Notes under the pieces: generated by a model
What the model saw: only the letters and a program-made list of their open reading frames with translations
Told to the model about the DNA's origin: nothing
Databases searched by the model: none
Program-made: the position numbers and the translations under genes
Shown here: positions 14,051 to 28,990 of the stretch, one piece after another
Layout: each line of letters opens with the position of its first letter
Numbering within the stretch: the first letter of the stretch is position 1
Assembly: GCF_006345805.1 (NCBI RefSeq)
Contig: NC_043001.1
Coordinates: 130,820,001 to 130,884,000 of the forward strand
Direction: 5' to 3'
DNA length: 64,000 nucleotides
From: Octopus sinensis
Lineage: Eukaryota

Positions 14051-15456
14051 GCCCTAGAGAAGAGAAATTTCTGGTATTAAAAGTGAAACCTAGACTCAAA
14101 CTTGAAGAATTCAACACTTTTCATAAACTCTGCAATTTGTTAATAAGATAAAAAAAATAAGGGTAGCATATATGATGGTGATCTAATGAATGAACCTCTA
14201 CAGGAAAGAAACTTTTTACCAATTCTACAATCCTCTCTTCTATAGCAAGCTAAGGAATTTACCATGCTAATTGTTTTCCTCAGGACATCATGAACTACCT
14301 CGTCCAGGAATCAGATCCATAACCTTATAGTTGTTGGACCTAACACTCTGACCATACCCTCTCTCTCTCTCTCTCTCTCTCTGCACCTTCTTCTCTCACT
14401 CTTTCTTTCCCTGTTCCATAACCAATTTTCCAGCACCTCATTTTCACTCTCTTTTTCTATTTATATCGCTACTGTTGCTTCAACATTCCCTAGGTTCTTT
14501 TACTCATTTGTTACTATCTCCTATTTTCTCTTTTCTCACAAGGCTCCACTGCTTTATTCTCTATCTGCTGTATTCTCTTCATTGTAGCAGCAACCAGCAG
14601 TCTTTTTTTCACCTTAGCTTACTCTTTTAGGGACTTTGGGTTATCAACTTTCTTCTATCAGCTACTTGTACAAATGTCACATATTTATTATCTTGGTCAA
14701 AAGATCATCCATATAATTATCTCCTTACTCATTTTATATCCTCACTCAGTTCCATCTCAAATTTATCATTATACTGTAAGACTTTATATATTTATACTTT
14801 GATTGTTCTGCACTTTTTCCATTCTTTGCACAACATGTCTTTACATTATCATATCAGTCAAAAGATCTCCTATATTCTGTTTCAGTTTTCCTGAAAATTT
14901 CTATCTTGCTTGTACTAATTTTTTTTATACACACACATACACATATGTACACACACATAAATGAAAAACATCAAAAATATATATATATATTGATTTTGTT
15001 ATATGCATGCATATATATATATGTATATATATATAGTGATTTTTTTTTATACACATGCATAGGAGAATTGGTTTTTGAAAATGTACCTGAATTTGAAAAA
15101 CTTGTGATTGTTCTTAAATGAATCAATTTACATACATACCAAACTAGTTTTGATCATTTTTGGTTCATCAATGGTATAAACATATACAAAACAATGAGAT
15201 TTAAAAAATTTTAAATTGTGAAGTAGAAAACATGTTTAAATGATTAAATGTTCACAAAATTCAATGACAGGGGTAGATTGTTTTATATACATTTACACCG
15301 TGGACAGACAAAACTTTTTGAAGCTAGTTTGGTATGTATGTGAATAAATTTATTTAAAAACAAGCACAAATTTTTCAAATTTAGGTATATTTTCAAAAAC
15401 AAATTCTCCCATATTTTTAAATACACCCCTTCCTTCTTTCCTTCTATATATATATA

Positions 15457-15661
15457 CTGGAGTAAACACATAAACGTGAAACAAGATGGAAAAAAGAGTA
15501 CTCAAATACCAGTGGTAGAGTAATATGCTTTATTTAAAGCCGCAGAAAATTCAACAAAACCTGTTACTCTGAGCAAAAACTGTCCGTTGAACGGCAACGG
15601 GAAACTCAGAGTAACAGGTTTTGTTGAATTTCCTGCTGCTTTTCTGCTGCTTTAAATAAAG
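15457..15661. mobile_element. Palindromic hammerhead element, family H2, centre partly deleted
   Basis: Nearly identical to 46235-46492 but lacks part of the left arm and the loop. Flanked by (TA)n. Confidence 0.75.
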
Positions 15662-16106
15662 TATATATATATGTATATATATATATATAATATATATGCA
15701 CATATATATATTACTTTATTCTTTTTTACTATGTTGGAGCACCACCTTGAATGGTTTTTAGCTGAGCAAATTGACTCTAGGTCTTATTTTCTAAAGCCTA
15801 GTACTTATTCTATCAGTCTCTTTGCCAAACTGTTAAGTTACAGGGGACATAGACACACCAACACAGGTCGTCAAATGGTGATGGGGGGACAAACACATAC
15901 ACAAAGACACACACACATGTATACATATATATATATATATACGACAGGCTTCTTTCAGTTTCTGTCAACCAAATCCACTCACAAAGCTTTGGTCAACCTG
16001 AGGCTATAGTAGAAGACACTTGCCTAAGGTGCCATGCAGTGGGACTGAACCTGGCATCATGTGGTTAGGAAGCTATCTTCTTACCACACAGCCATGATTA
16101 TATATA

Positions 16107-16198
<92 letters not shown>

Positions 16199-17056
16199 AT
16201 GTAATTATAAATTAGGGTAGCTACGAGATACCACCATGCTGAAAATAGTAGCCATGATCCGACTCTAAAACCACCTTAATTGTCCATATATCAACACGGA
16301 GAGAAAACAAAGAGACAAGATGAAACTAGTAAAAATTACTGGATAATTTATATACATAAACATATATATATGTATATATATAATGATTTTTATACACATG
16401 CATGTATATATATATATATATATTATATATATATATGAAATTACTATAAATTCACAAAAAATAATGCACTCTCTCCATCAGAAATATCATATATTAATGC
16501 ATTGGTGTAGATATAACTCTATATATGTAGTTTTTAATTATCCACATACAATTAGAATGTGTCTCAGTTAACTAGGTGAACATATGTGTGTATGTGTTTT
16601 GTATGTGCAAAGAGAAGAAAGGACTCAATTTTCTATTGTTCATCATTAGGATTGGCAATTAGGAAAAAAGAATATAGGAGAAAAAAAATGGGAAAAAAAC
16701 CACAAAAGAGAGTGATACTTCTATGAAATCTATAAATATATCAACATCAAGACATCTGGGTTTTCCTGCTGACATTTGCATAACTATGTATATGAATAAA
16801 ACTGAAAAAGGTGTGCCAAACATAGAACGGATAAGAAAAGCATGTCTGGAACAATATTATTGTTTCTTTGAAAAGCCTTGTTTATTATGTTATTTCACAA
16901 GCTCACTTCCAATTCAATTGATTTCAGTTACAACTATTAAGTGTTTATGAAATAATGTCAGAGCTGTTAATTGTAACAGACAGCTTTTAACTGTCAGCTA
17001 CTTATATTACTATTAAAAGGCTTTAGCTGGAGAATGTTAGCCTATTGATGCTGACT

Positions 17057-18580
17057 AGAGAGGGTTGTTTAAAAAGAAACCAAACTTTTAAAACAGTGAG
17101 CTAACCAAGTGAACCATTATATTCATGATTGCAGTGCTATGTATAGATAACCATTGCTCTTCAATCTAATATTAGCCATACTATGCCACATCTGTCAGTC
17201 ATCAATCTACATATGATAGAGTGAATAACGATTTAGTTTACATGGTGATCATGGCCGTTTGCTAGCCTCGCCTGGCACCTGTGCAGGTGGCACGTAAAAA
17301 GAACCCACTACACTCACGGAGTTGTTGGCGTTAGGAAGGGCATCCAGTTGTATAAACACTGCCAGATCAGACTGGAGCCTGGCACAGCCTTCTGGCTTCC
17401 CAGACCCCAGTTGAACCGTCCAACCCATGCTAGCATGGAAAACGGACATTAAACGATGATGATGATGATAGTGAATTATTGCAAGTTGAACAATGAAAGA
17501 TTTGGAGAAGCAACATATTTGCTTAAAAATTGCCTTTGAATTGTGAACAAAATTTGTAGAGACTTTTGCAACCAATTTATGAGGAGGAGTATTTGCCAAA
17601 TGCAAACGCCACAATTGGTGTGAGTGCTTTACATAATAAGGAGGGATATACTCCAAAGATGAACTAATGTCTGGCACCCTTCTTTAATAGTGAGTGATGA
17701 TCATACAGAAAAAGTACATTTTGTGGTTTGTGAGAAACGTTACTAGATGGTCCATAAGATTTCCAATGAGGTAAGCATCTGCCAAAAATTGTGCTGCAGG
17801 ATTTCTAAAAGTTAAATTGAAGATGCTTTATGGTGCCACAAAATGTGTGCATGTGTGCTGACAGATGAGAAAAAAGAGCTCCAGTCAGAAGCTCTTTGGA
17901 GTGTTTAAATACTGTTGACATCTTTCTGAAGAAAGTTATTACAGGTAATGATAAATGGGTGTACAGGTATGTTGTCAAAATTAAAAGGTATCAGATCAGT
18001 GAGTTAGATCATCATCACAACTGTAAACCTCACCAAATGCACATCAGAATCATTCAAATGTGAAAGAGATGTTAATTGACTTTTTTGATTGGAAGGTTGG
18101 ACATTGTTCATGTAATGAATTTTATTTGAATGTCCTGAAGAATTAGAGAGAGGAAGTGCAAAGAAAATGGCTTGAGGTTTGGACAAACAAAATCTGGAAG
18201 CTGCACCACAACAATGCACCTGTTCATGAGTCAGGTTTTTAGTCATTACTTTTGGACAACGCATAAGCTGTGTTTCAATTCCCCACTGCCTTCCTCTCTA
18301 GGATTGAACCCTGTAAACTTTGTTTTGTTCTAAAAGTTGAGACCCACACTGAAAAATCATCAATTTCAAATGATAGAAATGATATAAAAAAGTTTGCTTT
18401 AAGAGCTGTACCCTACACCCCCAAATACACTTCAGCATGGGATCTATAAAACTGCAAAAGATACTGGGAATGTACCAGGTGTATCAGGAGTAGTGAGAAA
18501 TGTTTTGAATGAGATATTTGATTAAATTCTTGGTGAAACAATAAATTTGTTTAATTTTTCTAAAACATCAATTTCCTGTT
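17057..18580 (+). mobile_element. Decayed mariner transposon, interrupted by a family-D insertion at 17249-17469
   Basis: TIR-like GAGGGTTGTTTAAAAAGAAACC, then MKDLEKQHICLK at 17493, FLKKVITGNDKWVYRY at about 17925 (compare ITGDETWVY) and WKLHHNNAPVH at about 18195 (compare LHHDNAPAH). Many stops and frameshifts. Confidence 0.8.
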
Positions 18581-18704
18581 GGACAAGAATAAAGAGGTAT
18601 AACCAGGTATAAAGAAGATTGTTAGCAGGATTAGCACAGAGATAGATGATTTGAAAACCTAATTAAGACAGAGGGATATACCATTAAACAGATAAACATA
18701 ACTA

Positions 18705-19040
18705 TCGGAGTCGGAGACCCCTTCGGTCACGACACAGACCATGGGATTGCACCTAGAAAGTTACCCTCCTAGACACAAGTCCGGGCGAGGTTGTTTATTG
18801 AAGACCAGCAGTCGCCCATGCATACCAGCCTCCCCCCTCCAAGCCACCAGTGTTATCCAAGGGAAAGACAAAGTTCGATACAGCTTGGCACCAGTGACGT
18901 CGGAACTCATTTCTACAGCTGAGTGAACTGGAGCAACGTGAAATAAAGTGCCTTGCTCAAGAACACAACATGCAGCCCGGTCCGGGATTCGAGCTCACAA
19001 CCTCACGATCATAAGCTCGACGCTCTAACCACTGAGCCAC
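18705..19040 (-). mobile_element. tRNA-derived CORE-like SINE, family E
   Basis: Minus-strand head GTGGCTCAGTGGTTAGAGCG...GCTCGAATCCC (A/B boxes), then the CORE-like TGTGTTCTTGAGCAAGGCACTTTA. Related heads at 29820-29940, 33480-33618, 34330-34460 and 41463-41700. Confidence 0.75.
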
Positions 19041-19817
19041 ATTGAATAAAATAGGAATTGCTGAAATCCTTACAAATTTATCCAGTTTTTTCTAGTATAT
19101 CACTTATGAGTCCTTTGAATATTTTACACTCGAGAGAAACGTATTTCATGGATACTTTGCTCACCTCAAATACTCTCCATAATATGCAGCTGGCACAAAT
19201 AAACAGCTTGAGTTCAGGCCACAACAGAACAGCAGCCAGCTAACCAGTTTTGATATGGAGGTATCTAGAATCCTCCCTAAATTCAGTAACTCTGAATTAG
19301 AAATCCCACTGACTGTGATGGCCCATCCAACCAATATCAGTATGGAAACTGGACATAAAAAAAGGAGAATAACGATAATGCTTATTGTATTTTACATAAT
19401 TCATTGTACTATTTTCCATTCCATGTAATTCTCTGCATGTTATTCTTTATCATCTCTTTTTGTGTTTCTGTTGATTCCCTTATATCTTTAACCACACCAT
19501 TATAGGTATCCCTAGGGCAGTGAGCTGGCTAATGCATTACAGTGTCAGACAAAGTGCACTGCGATATTTATTCTGGCTCCGAGTTCAATTCCTGTTAAAG
19601 TCAACTTTGTCTTTGATCCTTCTGGGACCAATAAAATGAAATGGTATCGTCATGCCTTAGAATTTCTGGCCTCATGCTTAAATCAGAAACCAACTAAGAG
19701 CTCCGCTCGAAACGTTAAGCCCTCCTTCTTCCCTTCCTTTCTGAGCGTCCAATAATACTATATTTGTTCCACGTCCTCACGTTGTTATGTTTACTCTTTG
19801 TGTTTGCATGTTTGGAT

Positions 19818-19861
<44 letters not shown>

Positions 19862-21908
19862 CACACAATAAGAGATACAAAATACATAGTTTTCAAAATT
19901 ATACTTGTTCCTTTGGTTCCTTAGTCCAATATGTTGTTTGATATATCTGCAATACTCAGATTTATTAGTATTGTTTATCATTTGTTGGGTATTTTCTTAC
20001 CAAATTATTACAACCTCCTCTAAAATATGCATTACAGTTACTAATCATCCCACATAAAACTATAACTTAGTACTCCTTTTTTCGTGTATACAGATACACT
20101 CATAATTGGATGCTCTTCCACTCTTGATGATAACAACCTTAAGAAAATTTATAGCTCTAGTAGTCACCGACCCTAAGTATAATTATTGAGCCTATTCAAA
20201 CTTACCCTTACTGTTATTAACATTTATAATCATTCTTATCATACAATCTATGCTTAATTTGCATATAAATTGAGTTCATCTCCCTCTTGATTTGACTCTA
20301 AAATCTATTTAGAGAGAGAGAGAGAGAGGTAGGACCCTGTCTCTTTATTCCTTCTGGCTTTATGAGGCCTATTTTTAATTTGATTTGCTCATCCCATTAT
20401 GTAATTAGCTTTTATCTATCATTGTCTTAACTATAATTATATCTTTAATTATAATTCTACTCAAAGTGAGACCCTGTCTATATGTTCCTTTTGGCTCTAT
20501 AAGCTTTGTTTACAATTTTACTTTCTCTTCCTATTATTTGATCATTCTTCATTTATTTTCGTGTTAACTATAATTATATCTTTAATTTCACTTAATTCTT
20601 AATACTCACATGCTCATATTAACTCCTACGTTTCTACTAATCTTGAAAAAAAATCTCTTCACAACCCCACATAAAACCTTAATATTGAAAATATAAACCC
20701 TATCTTTTAGTTTCCTACTCACTGTTTCATAAATACATGTTGAATTACTCCCCCTTATCACAAAGTAAATTAAAAATTTTTCAGATTTATTTTTTTGAAA
20801 TTTCTTGTAAGGGCTTCTTTTATGTTTATCTCTAATTTCAATACATACAATTCTAAAACTAGGATTTTTTTTTTCATCCAGACACTCATAGAATTCATAA
20901 CTTTATGGAGGGAATCTACAAAAAAAGCAATTAACTACTGCTGTTCCAGCTCTTAACTAGACTATATTATAGCTTCTCTGCTCTCGATCATTATTATGAA
21001 AAAATAATCAGAAGATGAAACCAGGACATCCCAACTAGTAATCACTACTTTCAACTAATATAAATAACATACAATTATTCTGTATTTATTTATATTATCT
21101 AACATTCATGGGGTAGGCTCTTGCAGTTTGAGTAAATTCTTATTTAGAATTTCTTTTGACATGAGTATATATGTCTAGTGTAAAATGGTATTACACAAAT
21201 AAATAGCTTGTTGTGGTTATCTAAAAACTAACCTATCGCAGAAATATATGTTAACACAGAATGCATTCCATCTACTCGAATACTCAGAATTTACTGTTCA
21301 ACAACTAACTCTTGAACTAACACAAAATAATCCAACACTGTTGAACTAAGTCATCAACTAAGGACCTCTGACAGTTCACTCATTTCTTATTTATTGTAAC
21401 TGGTTAGTCCATCTTCAGTCATGAGGCGGTATCCAGAATTCTCCCATAATAGAATTATTACATTCAAGATGGGTTAGAGTACCAGATCTTCTACAATCAA
21501 TTTTTTTTTTGTTTTGGCAAAGTTTCTATGACAGGATGCTCTTCCAAATACCAACCATTGTATAGAGAGTCTGGGATACATTATATTGTGGTACCAACAC
21601 TAGAAAAGTCCCCTGTAAGTCATCTCAATTCTACAGAGTGTCTGTTCTTTCAAATAAAGCATTTCTCAGAATGATAAGCAAAGGGGAATGACAATGAAAG
21701 TGGTGAAGGAGGTGAATATGCAAGTGTGAAACAGGATGATTAGATGTAGTGTGCAAATGCATGTGCATGTAGGCCTATAAATACTACACACACATACACA
21801 CACATACATACACATGCACACATACATATACACACATGTATGTATATATATTATATAAACACACACGTGTATATATATATATATATATATGGCAAATGAA
21901 AGATGGAA

Positions 21909-21964
<56 letters not shown>

Positions 21965-22022
21965 TATATGTAAATATATATATATGAGTATATGTAAATA
22001 TATATATATATGAGTATATGTA

Positions 22023-22059
<37 letters not shown>

Positions 22060-22074
22060 ATATATATATATATA

Positions 22075-22303
22075 AGGCGGCGAGCTGGTAGAATCGTTAG
22101 CACGCCGGGCGAAATGCTTTGCGGTATTTCGTCCGCCGCTACGTTCTGAGTTCAAATTCCGCCAAGGTCTACTTTTCCTTTCATCCTTTCAGGGTCGATA
22201 AATTAAGTACCTGTTACACACTGGGTCGATGTAATCGACTTAATCACTTTGTCTGTCCTTGTTTGTCCCCTCTATGTTTAGCCCCTTGTGGGTAATAAGA
22301 AAA
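22075..22303 (+). mobile_element. tRNA-derived SINE, family B (Deu/Nin-like central motif)
   Basis: Head GGCGGCGAGCTGG...GAGTTCAAATTCC followed by CCTTTCATCCTTTC.GGGTCGATAAATTAAGTACC. Second good copy at 34503-34733. Degraded copies at 1-25, 3845-4050, 11232-11410, 19515-19690, 42405-42605 and 60003-60205. Confidence 0.8.
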
Positions 22304-22315
22304 CATATATATATG

Positions 22316-22362
<47 letters not shown>

Positions 22363-23175
22363 GCACACACTGTTGACAAGTATAGTTCTTTTATGAAATG
22401 CAACGATCACTTTGCCTTTTGCCAATCTTTCTTTTTTAGTAATAAAGAAATATATAATATGAATTGAAACCACTGGCCTGACCAGAAAGAAAGTGGACTC
22501 TTTAATGTAATTACATGAGTTGATTTACAAAAATGAAAACAAACAATGAAATAAAGACACTGGATAAAACCACCACCATCACAACAACAACAACAATGAT
22601 GAGAACTACAACAAATTTCCATTGTTTCTGAAGGAGAGGTTTTTTTTATGTGTCTATCTTTGTTTATTTTATATAAATATAAATAATAATCTAGAAAATT
22701 TTTATTACCTGTAAACACAAACCATCAGTATGAGTACAAATTTTATAGAGTGACATCATCACATCAAGCAGAAAGAAAACAAAAACAAAAATCCAAAATA
22801 AAACAAATGATTCAATTATAAATAGTACCGTATAAGAAGAGACAGAGAAGCTGCATTGAGCAAGTATTAAATAGTAAGAGACAGAATAATTAAAGAAATA
22901 AAAAAAATACATTGAGTATTAACCATCAAAATGGAATAATAAATCAATTCCATTTAAAGTGATTCTTTTAAATGATGTTTTGTTTTTGTCTCCGAATAAT
23001 AGAATTCTTTGAGTGAAATTGGTTGTTTTATTTTCAGCCAAATAACATTATTTTTTATTTGTAAAAGAAAAAAAAAATCTTTATCATTTTATGATTTATT
23101 TTGACTGTTGAAATATGTAGATAGTTAAAGGTGCAAATTTTGTGTTAGCTTCTCTTCCACGTCCCAATTTATATT

Positions 23176-24067
23176 ACACTGTGTAACGAAATTTTTATTT
23201 ATTTTGTCTTTGGTCAGTAAGTGTAATTTCTTATTTGCTTCTATGTAGAAGTCAAAAGGAAATTACTACTATTTCCTTCAAACTTTGCTTTTGTGACCTG
23301 GATATCAATGTTTTGAAACTGACCTATTTTCCATTACATTTCAGATAGATTCACTGCTGAGTTGCTGAAGCAGAAATATCATTATAGCAAATAATCTGCC
23401 CAGTACCACAGATCTGCTTGTTAGTTGCTTGACCTCAACCACTTGAGCATGTCCCCTAGTGGCTGACAATATGTGCATCTCTGATCATGAGCAAGTGTTG
23501 TTGGGGAGCATCATAGCCATGTGTGGAGGCGCAATGGCCCAGTGGTTAGGGCAGCGGACTCGCGGTCGTAGGATCGCGGTTTCGATTCCCAGACCGGGCG
23601 TTGTGAGTGTTTATTGAGCGAAAACACCTAAAGCTCCACGAGGCTTCGGCAGGGATGGTGGTGATCCCTGCTGTACTCTTTCACCACAACTTTCTCTCAC
23701 TCTTACTTCCTGTTTCTGTTGTACCTGTATTTCAAAGGGCCGGCCTTGTCACTCTCTGTGTCACGCTGAATATCCCCAAGAACTACAGTAAGGGTACATG
23801 TGTCTGTGGAGTGCTCAGCCACTTACACGTTAATTTCACGAGCAGGCTGTTCCGTTGATCGGATCAACCGGAACCCTCATCGTCATAACCGACGGAGTGC
23901 TTCCTTCCTTCCCATAGCCATGTATCAAGAGGAATTCTTGGGAGTTTGAATAAATGTAACAAAAGTAAAGATTGAAGGAAATATTAGCCATTTTCCATGC
24001 TTTCTAGGGGTAAGCAAATAGGAAATAACAATTGCTACCCAAGGATAAAAATCGTCTTACACAGTGT
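23176..24067. mobile_element. Tc1/mariner-type MITE with long imperfect TIRs, carrying a SINE C insertion
   Basis: Termini CACTGTGTAA...TTACACAGTG, with subterminal inverted matches (TATTTGCTT/AAGCAAATA, CCTTCAA/TTGAAGG). An empty copy lies at 57090-57576. Confidence 0.75.
23523..23912 (+). mobile_element. tRNA-derived SINE, family C (young, full length)
   Basis: Head GTGGAGGCGCAATGGCCCAGTGGTTAGG...GTTTCGATTCCC, (TTCC)n tail, and an 11-bp TSD CATAGCCATGT at 23512-23522 and 23913-23923. Confidence 0.9.
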
Positions 24068-24388
24068 TATTTTCAGGCTTTTGTCCTAAGTCTGTCATTG
24101 AAGATTTTAAATCTAACCTACTTTCAATTCCTGGTTAAACCCATGTCACTACACACTAATTGCAAAAAAAAATTTGTGTAAAAGAAACAAATGGTGGTGC
24201 CCCAGCATGGCCAGAGCACGTGAGCTGAAACTAGATAAAATAAAAAAATAAATAAAAAAATTAACTGATTTTGGGGTGAGGTGAAAACTAGGAACTTATG
24301 ATTTTGTGTGTTTCACAAATACAAACAACATTTGTCTTCGTATGTGTGATTAAAAAGGTTGCTTTGCAACTCTGTGATATATATATAA

Positions 24389-24600
24389 TCCTTTAGCACT
24401 CAGATTACTCTGACAAATGAAATGCTTATTTACTCACATGTTTTGAATTAAATCATGCATTATCACATAGCTTCAAGAGTTTTATGACTATATTTTTAGA
24501 AAAATATTGCAGAGTACGTGTGAGAAACCAGACCTGGCCAATTTTAGCATAAAACAAGTAGAATAATTTGGCCAGAATGTCTGGTTTAAATGCTAAAGGA
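24389..24600 (-). mobile_element. piggyBac-type MITE, decayed copy
   Basis: Termini CCTTTAGCA...TGCTAAAGG. The interior is the reverse complement of the 26808 copy. Confidence 0.65.
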
Positions 24601-26807
24601 ATAAACACACACATCCATATGCACACATTTATACAGACACCTACAAGTTCCAGTGTCATCATCTAATAAAAAATATTCCTCTTTTTATATGTGCAGAACT
24701 GGGTGTATATATACGCATGAATACTGGTATTTACATCTACACAAAGATACACATATAAATAAATATTCACATATACATACCCTATCAAATACAGTATGTA
24801 TACTTTACTTATAATATACACATATATAACTATCTGATCCATGCCACATACTGGTTGTCAAGCAGTAGTAGTGGACACATGCAGCCACAGAACACAAAGA
24901 CCCACACTCATAGATACATATGACAGGCTTCTTTCAGTTTCCATCTACTAAATCCACTCACAAGGTTCTGATAGGCCCAGGACTCTAGACAGCTGCTTTA
25001 AGATGCCTTGGATTGGGACTGAACCTAGAATCATGTGATTAGGAAGCAAACTACTTACCACTCAACCACACCTACACTTATGTATGCATGTATGTATGAT
25101 TGGATGTATATATGTGTGTATGTGTATCTGTGTATGTATGGATGTGTGGATGTATGGATGTGTGGATGTATGGATGTGTGGATGTATGGATGTGTGTATG
25201 CATGCTTGACTATGTAGTATCGGTTACTCATGAATATGTACAAATATATGAATATATAAATATGTCTAAATATTAGCAGATTTCAAATTGATGAAACAAA
25301 CCATGTGAAGTGGACTGACTACCTTGAAAGTTTTATATACATGTGTGCATGTTTGTATGTGTGCGTGTGTGTGTTTGTGTGTGTGTGTGTGTGCGTGCAT
25401 GTGTCTGTGTGTGTGTGTACAATGAATCATTTTTGTTTTCTGTAAGAAATAATCTTGTAATTAAAAGATAAAGATTTATATTCAATCACACACACGACCA
25501 ACATATGATAGCTGTTTATGTAAGAGACCTGTTCAAACATGAAGTCCAAATGGTTTTAAACTTGCAACTAACTATAAATGCACCTTGTTTAAGAGTGGTT
25601 TCTACTTGTCTTGCATATTCTTGTCTAAAGTTTACAGAGGAAAAAAAAAAAATGATTCTTTTAACTAGTTTTTTTTTTGCTTTGTTATTTAGAAAAGTAA
25701 TGTAATTAAAAAGTTTGTTAGCTCAACATAAATGTCTCACATGAGAGATGTTAATTGTGTAAATAATATTCAATGCAGAACAGCAAAACACCTAATACCT
25801 TTTCTCTGTAATATCTTACGTATTCATTTAATGATATATATCATCATCATCACTTAACATCCGTCTTTGTGCATGCATGAGCAGGACAGTTAGCAGGAGT
25901 CGGCCAGCTAAAAGACTAACCCTAGGCAACTGTGTCTGTTTTGGCAGGGATTTTATGGCTGGATACACTTCCTAATACCTATCACTCTGTAGATTGGACC
26001 GAGTGCTTCTTACTACACTACAACACCTGCACCTGTATATAGCATTGTAAACTATGCATAACAAAATGGGTGAGGATTCTTCTAAAAGTCTCCCTCAACC
26101 TGGGGAACATCCTTAATTCCAGAACAGAGGTCTTTGGACCATGCTTGCACTTCAGGTTATTTCTGCTACCTATTTGAACCCACAAAATAACAGGGTCACT
26201 CGTGATCAATAGCCAAAGGGAGAAATCCCTTGTTGTTGATACTGAATTTCCTCCTCCATATACTAGAGAAGTCACTAGAGAGGCCTTAGGCCGACAGGTT
26301 TTGGGATCTGATGATATGCCGTAAACCTAAGCAGTTTATGGACATGAAACCCAGGGTAATCTCCTAATTCGGCCTTATTTAACTTTAAAGGGATATATTA
26401 TCACAGTGTTACCGTGTTTCCTCTTATTTCAGTTTCAGATGCTGGCTAACCACAGCAGTCCTTTTATTATATCCAAGTTAACAACAAATTGCTAGATTCT
26501 GGTAACTATTCTTGCTAGGAAAATCTGAGTGCCCTATTCAGGACTGCATAGTTTCTGTAGAGAAGGTAACAGCATTAAAAATCATAAGAACAGAGATTTC
26601 TCGTATCTGTAAATAACAGTTTAATAAAATTACAGATGTAAAAAACCTCTGTTTTTATCATTATTAATAATACTATATATGATATATATATAAAATATTT
26701 TATAAACTCTATAGGCACGAAGGAATTTCTGAAGTAAATCCAGTGATATTTACATCCATACTGCTGATGATGATGTCAGGTAGCCGAAAACAGTGAACGG
26801 GCTTTAA

Positions 26808-27026
26808 CCCTTTAGTATTTAAACTGGCCATATCCGGCCAAAATAGCTAGTCTGTTTTATGTTCAAACTGACCAGATCCAGGCTTTCACACCTACCCTAC
26901 AATGTTATTCTACATTAAGTAATTACACCATCAAGATCTTGAAGATATGAAATAATTCATGATTAATTCAAATCAATGGGAATCAATAGGCATTATGTTT
27001 GATTGAATAACCTGAACACTAAAGGG
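26808..27026 (+). mobile_element. piggyBac-type MITE
   Basis: TTAA-CCCTTTAGT...ACTAAAGGG-TTAA, i.e. a TTAA target duplication and CCC/GGG termini. Confidence 0.8.
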
Positions 27027-27374
27027 TTAAACAGCATGAAATCACCAACGGTACACACCAACGGTACACCAACGGTAAATCACCAACGGTACACACGCGG
27101 TCACATTTTGAAAATATATATATATATATATATACATATATATATACATACATATATATATATATACATACATATATATATATATTATTAAATGATATGA
27201 TGCAAAAGTGTTTGTGTTTTCATGATTCCCCAATATTGTCATTTTGTAGAAGACTGAAATCATTTTGAAACAAAATTATGATGATATATACTATTAATTG
27301 TTCTTTCAGGCACTGAATTTTCGGTGCATGTACTGTGTTTTGTATGTTATAATAATATAGCATTAAAATAAATT

Positions 27375-27413
<39 letters not shown>

Positions 27414-27439
27414 TTAAATATATGGCCCCTTTGAAATAC

Positions 27440-27643
27440 AGATACAACAGAAACAGGAAGAAAGAGTTAGAGAAAATTGTGGTGAAAGAGTATGGCAGGG
27501 TTTGCCACCACCCTCTGCCAGAGCCTCGTGGAGGTTTAGGTGTTTTCGCTCAATAAACACTCACAATGCCCGGTCTGGGAATCGAAACCGTGATCCTACG
27601 ACCACGAGTTCATTGCCCTAACCACTGGGCCATTGCACCTTCA
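27440..27643 (-). mobile_element. SINE C, 5' half
   Basis: Reverse complement of the head and body of the 23523 copy. Confidence 0.8.
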
Positions 27644-27878
27644 CAATATATATATATATATATATGAAAGTCTATGAGAATTACTTAATAGTCTTGGAGT
27701 GTAATGATGATTTTTTAAAAATTACTTTTTGAAAAAATGTTACTAACCTCTATTGGAGAGAAGTTTTCATCCAAGTGTGTGAGCACTTCGATATATTGAT
27801 AATACATATATATTCATAATGTACACATATATATATATGTTGACAATATATATATTCATAATATACAACTATATATAT

Positions 27879-27915
<37 letters not shown>

Positions 27916-27939
27916 CTAATAACACACACACACTCACAC

Positions 27940-27976
<37 letters not shown>

Positions 27977-28524
27977 TTTAACAGTTTAATTGTTAAACTT
28001 GAAGTATAAAAGCTATAAATAATAGTGTGTAAGAATCATGTTAAAAGACTTTGGTATATGGGCTGTGATACCTACCATTTAAAAATGAATATTTTAGGGC
28101 ATATGGCTTTGATTTTTCTGAAAATTCTATTTTACTGTACATATTATTAATTATCTCAAAAACAAAAAAGGAAAACAAACAAACAAACAAAAAACAATTA
28201 CTCCTTTTAGGAGGAATTTTTTTTAAAGCAAGGTATAGCTTAGATAAAGGGCTGTTGTAGCCCTGTATTTTGCAAAACTTAAACGAGTGTAATTGGCTTT
28301 GAATATTTGCAGTGCAGTAGTGAATATATAAAAAACAAAAATAGATAAACAAACAAAATGATAAAAGTTAAAAACCTTCTCATAAAGGTAATCAATTGTA
28401 CCTCCCATAGAATGATATTTATTCCAATACACTTACATACATATTGGTTAGGTTTCCCAATATGCATCATTAATAAAATTGAAAAATTCTTCAAACAGTG
28501 AAAGAAAAGGTTTCTTCTTTTTAA

Positions 28525-28641
28525 AAATCAATTATTATTACTGCTATCATTATTATTATTATTATCATTATTATTATTATTATTATTATTATTAATACCA
28601 TTATTATTAATATTACTTTATTATTATTATTATTATAATTA

Positions 28642-28672
<31 letters not shown>

Positions 28673-28677
28673 CATTA

Positions 28678-28719
<42 letters not shown>

Positions 28720-28742
28720 ACCATTATTATTAATATTACTTA

Positions 28743-28796
<54 letters not shown>

Positions 28797-28990
28797 GATA
28801 CCGTTATTATTAATATTACTTTATTATTATTATTATTATCATTATTATTATTATTATTATTATTATCATTATTATTTATTATTATTATTACTTTATCCTC
28901 ATCATTATGAATATTATCATTATTATTTATTATTATTATTACTTTATCCTCATCATTATGATTATTATCATTATTATTATTATTTTATAA
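28525..28990. repeat. (TTA)n microsatellite region with small internal duplications
   Basis: Direct reading. Confidence 0.9.

Noticed and set aside
22708-22780. Possible next Fuzzy exon ending DGLCLQ
   Set aside because: There is no upstream acceptor AG and no similarity beyond the last few residues. The site looks more like an acceptor.
23523-23600. tRNA gene-like sequence
   Set aside because: It is a SINE head that continues into a SINE body with TSDs in multiple copies.
25584-25624. Possible minus-strand micro-exon QEYARQVETTLKQ
   Set aside because: The acceptor is good but the donor (GTGCAT) is weak, and there is no similarity to Fuzzy or any recognised protein.
26575-26800. Imperfect inverted repeat and CTGATGA...GAAA motif
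   Set aside because: Helices I and III cannot be formed convincingly, so it is too degenerate to call a hammerhead.
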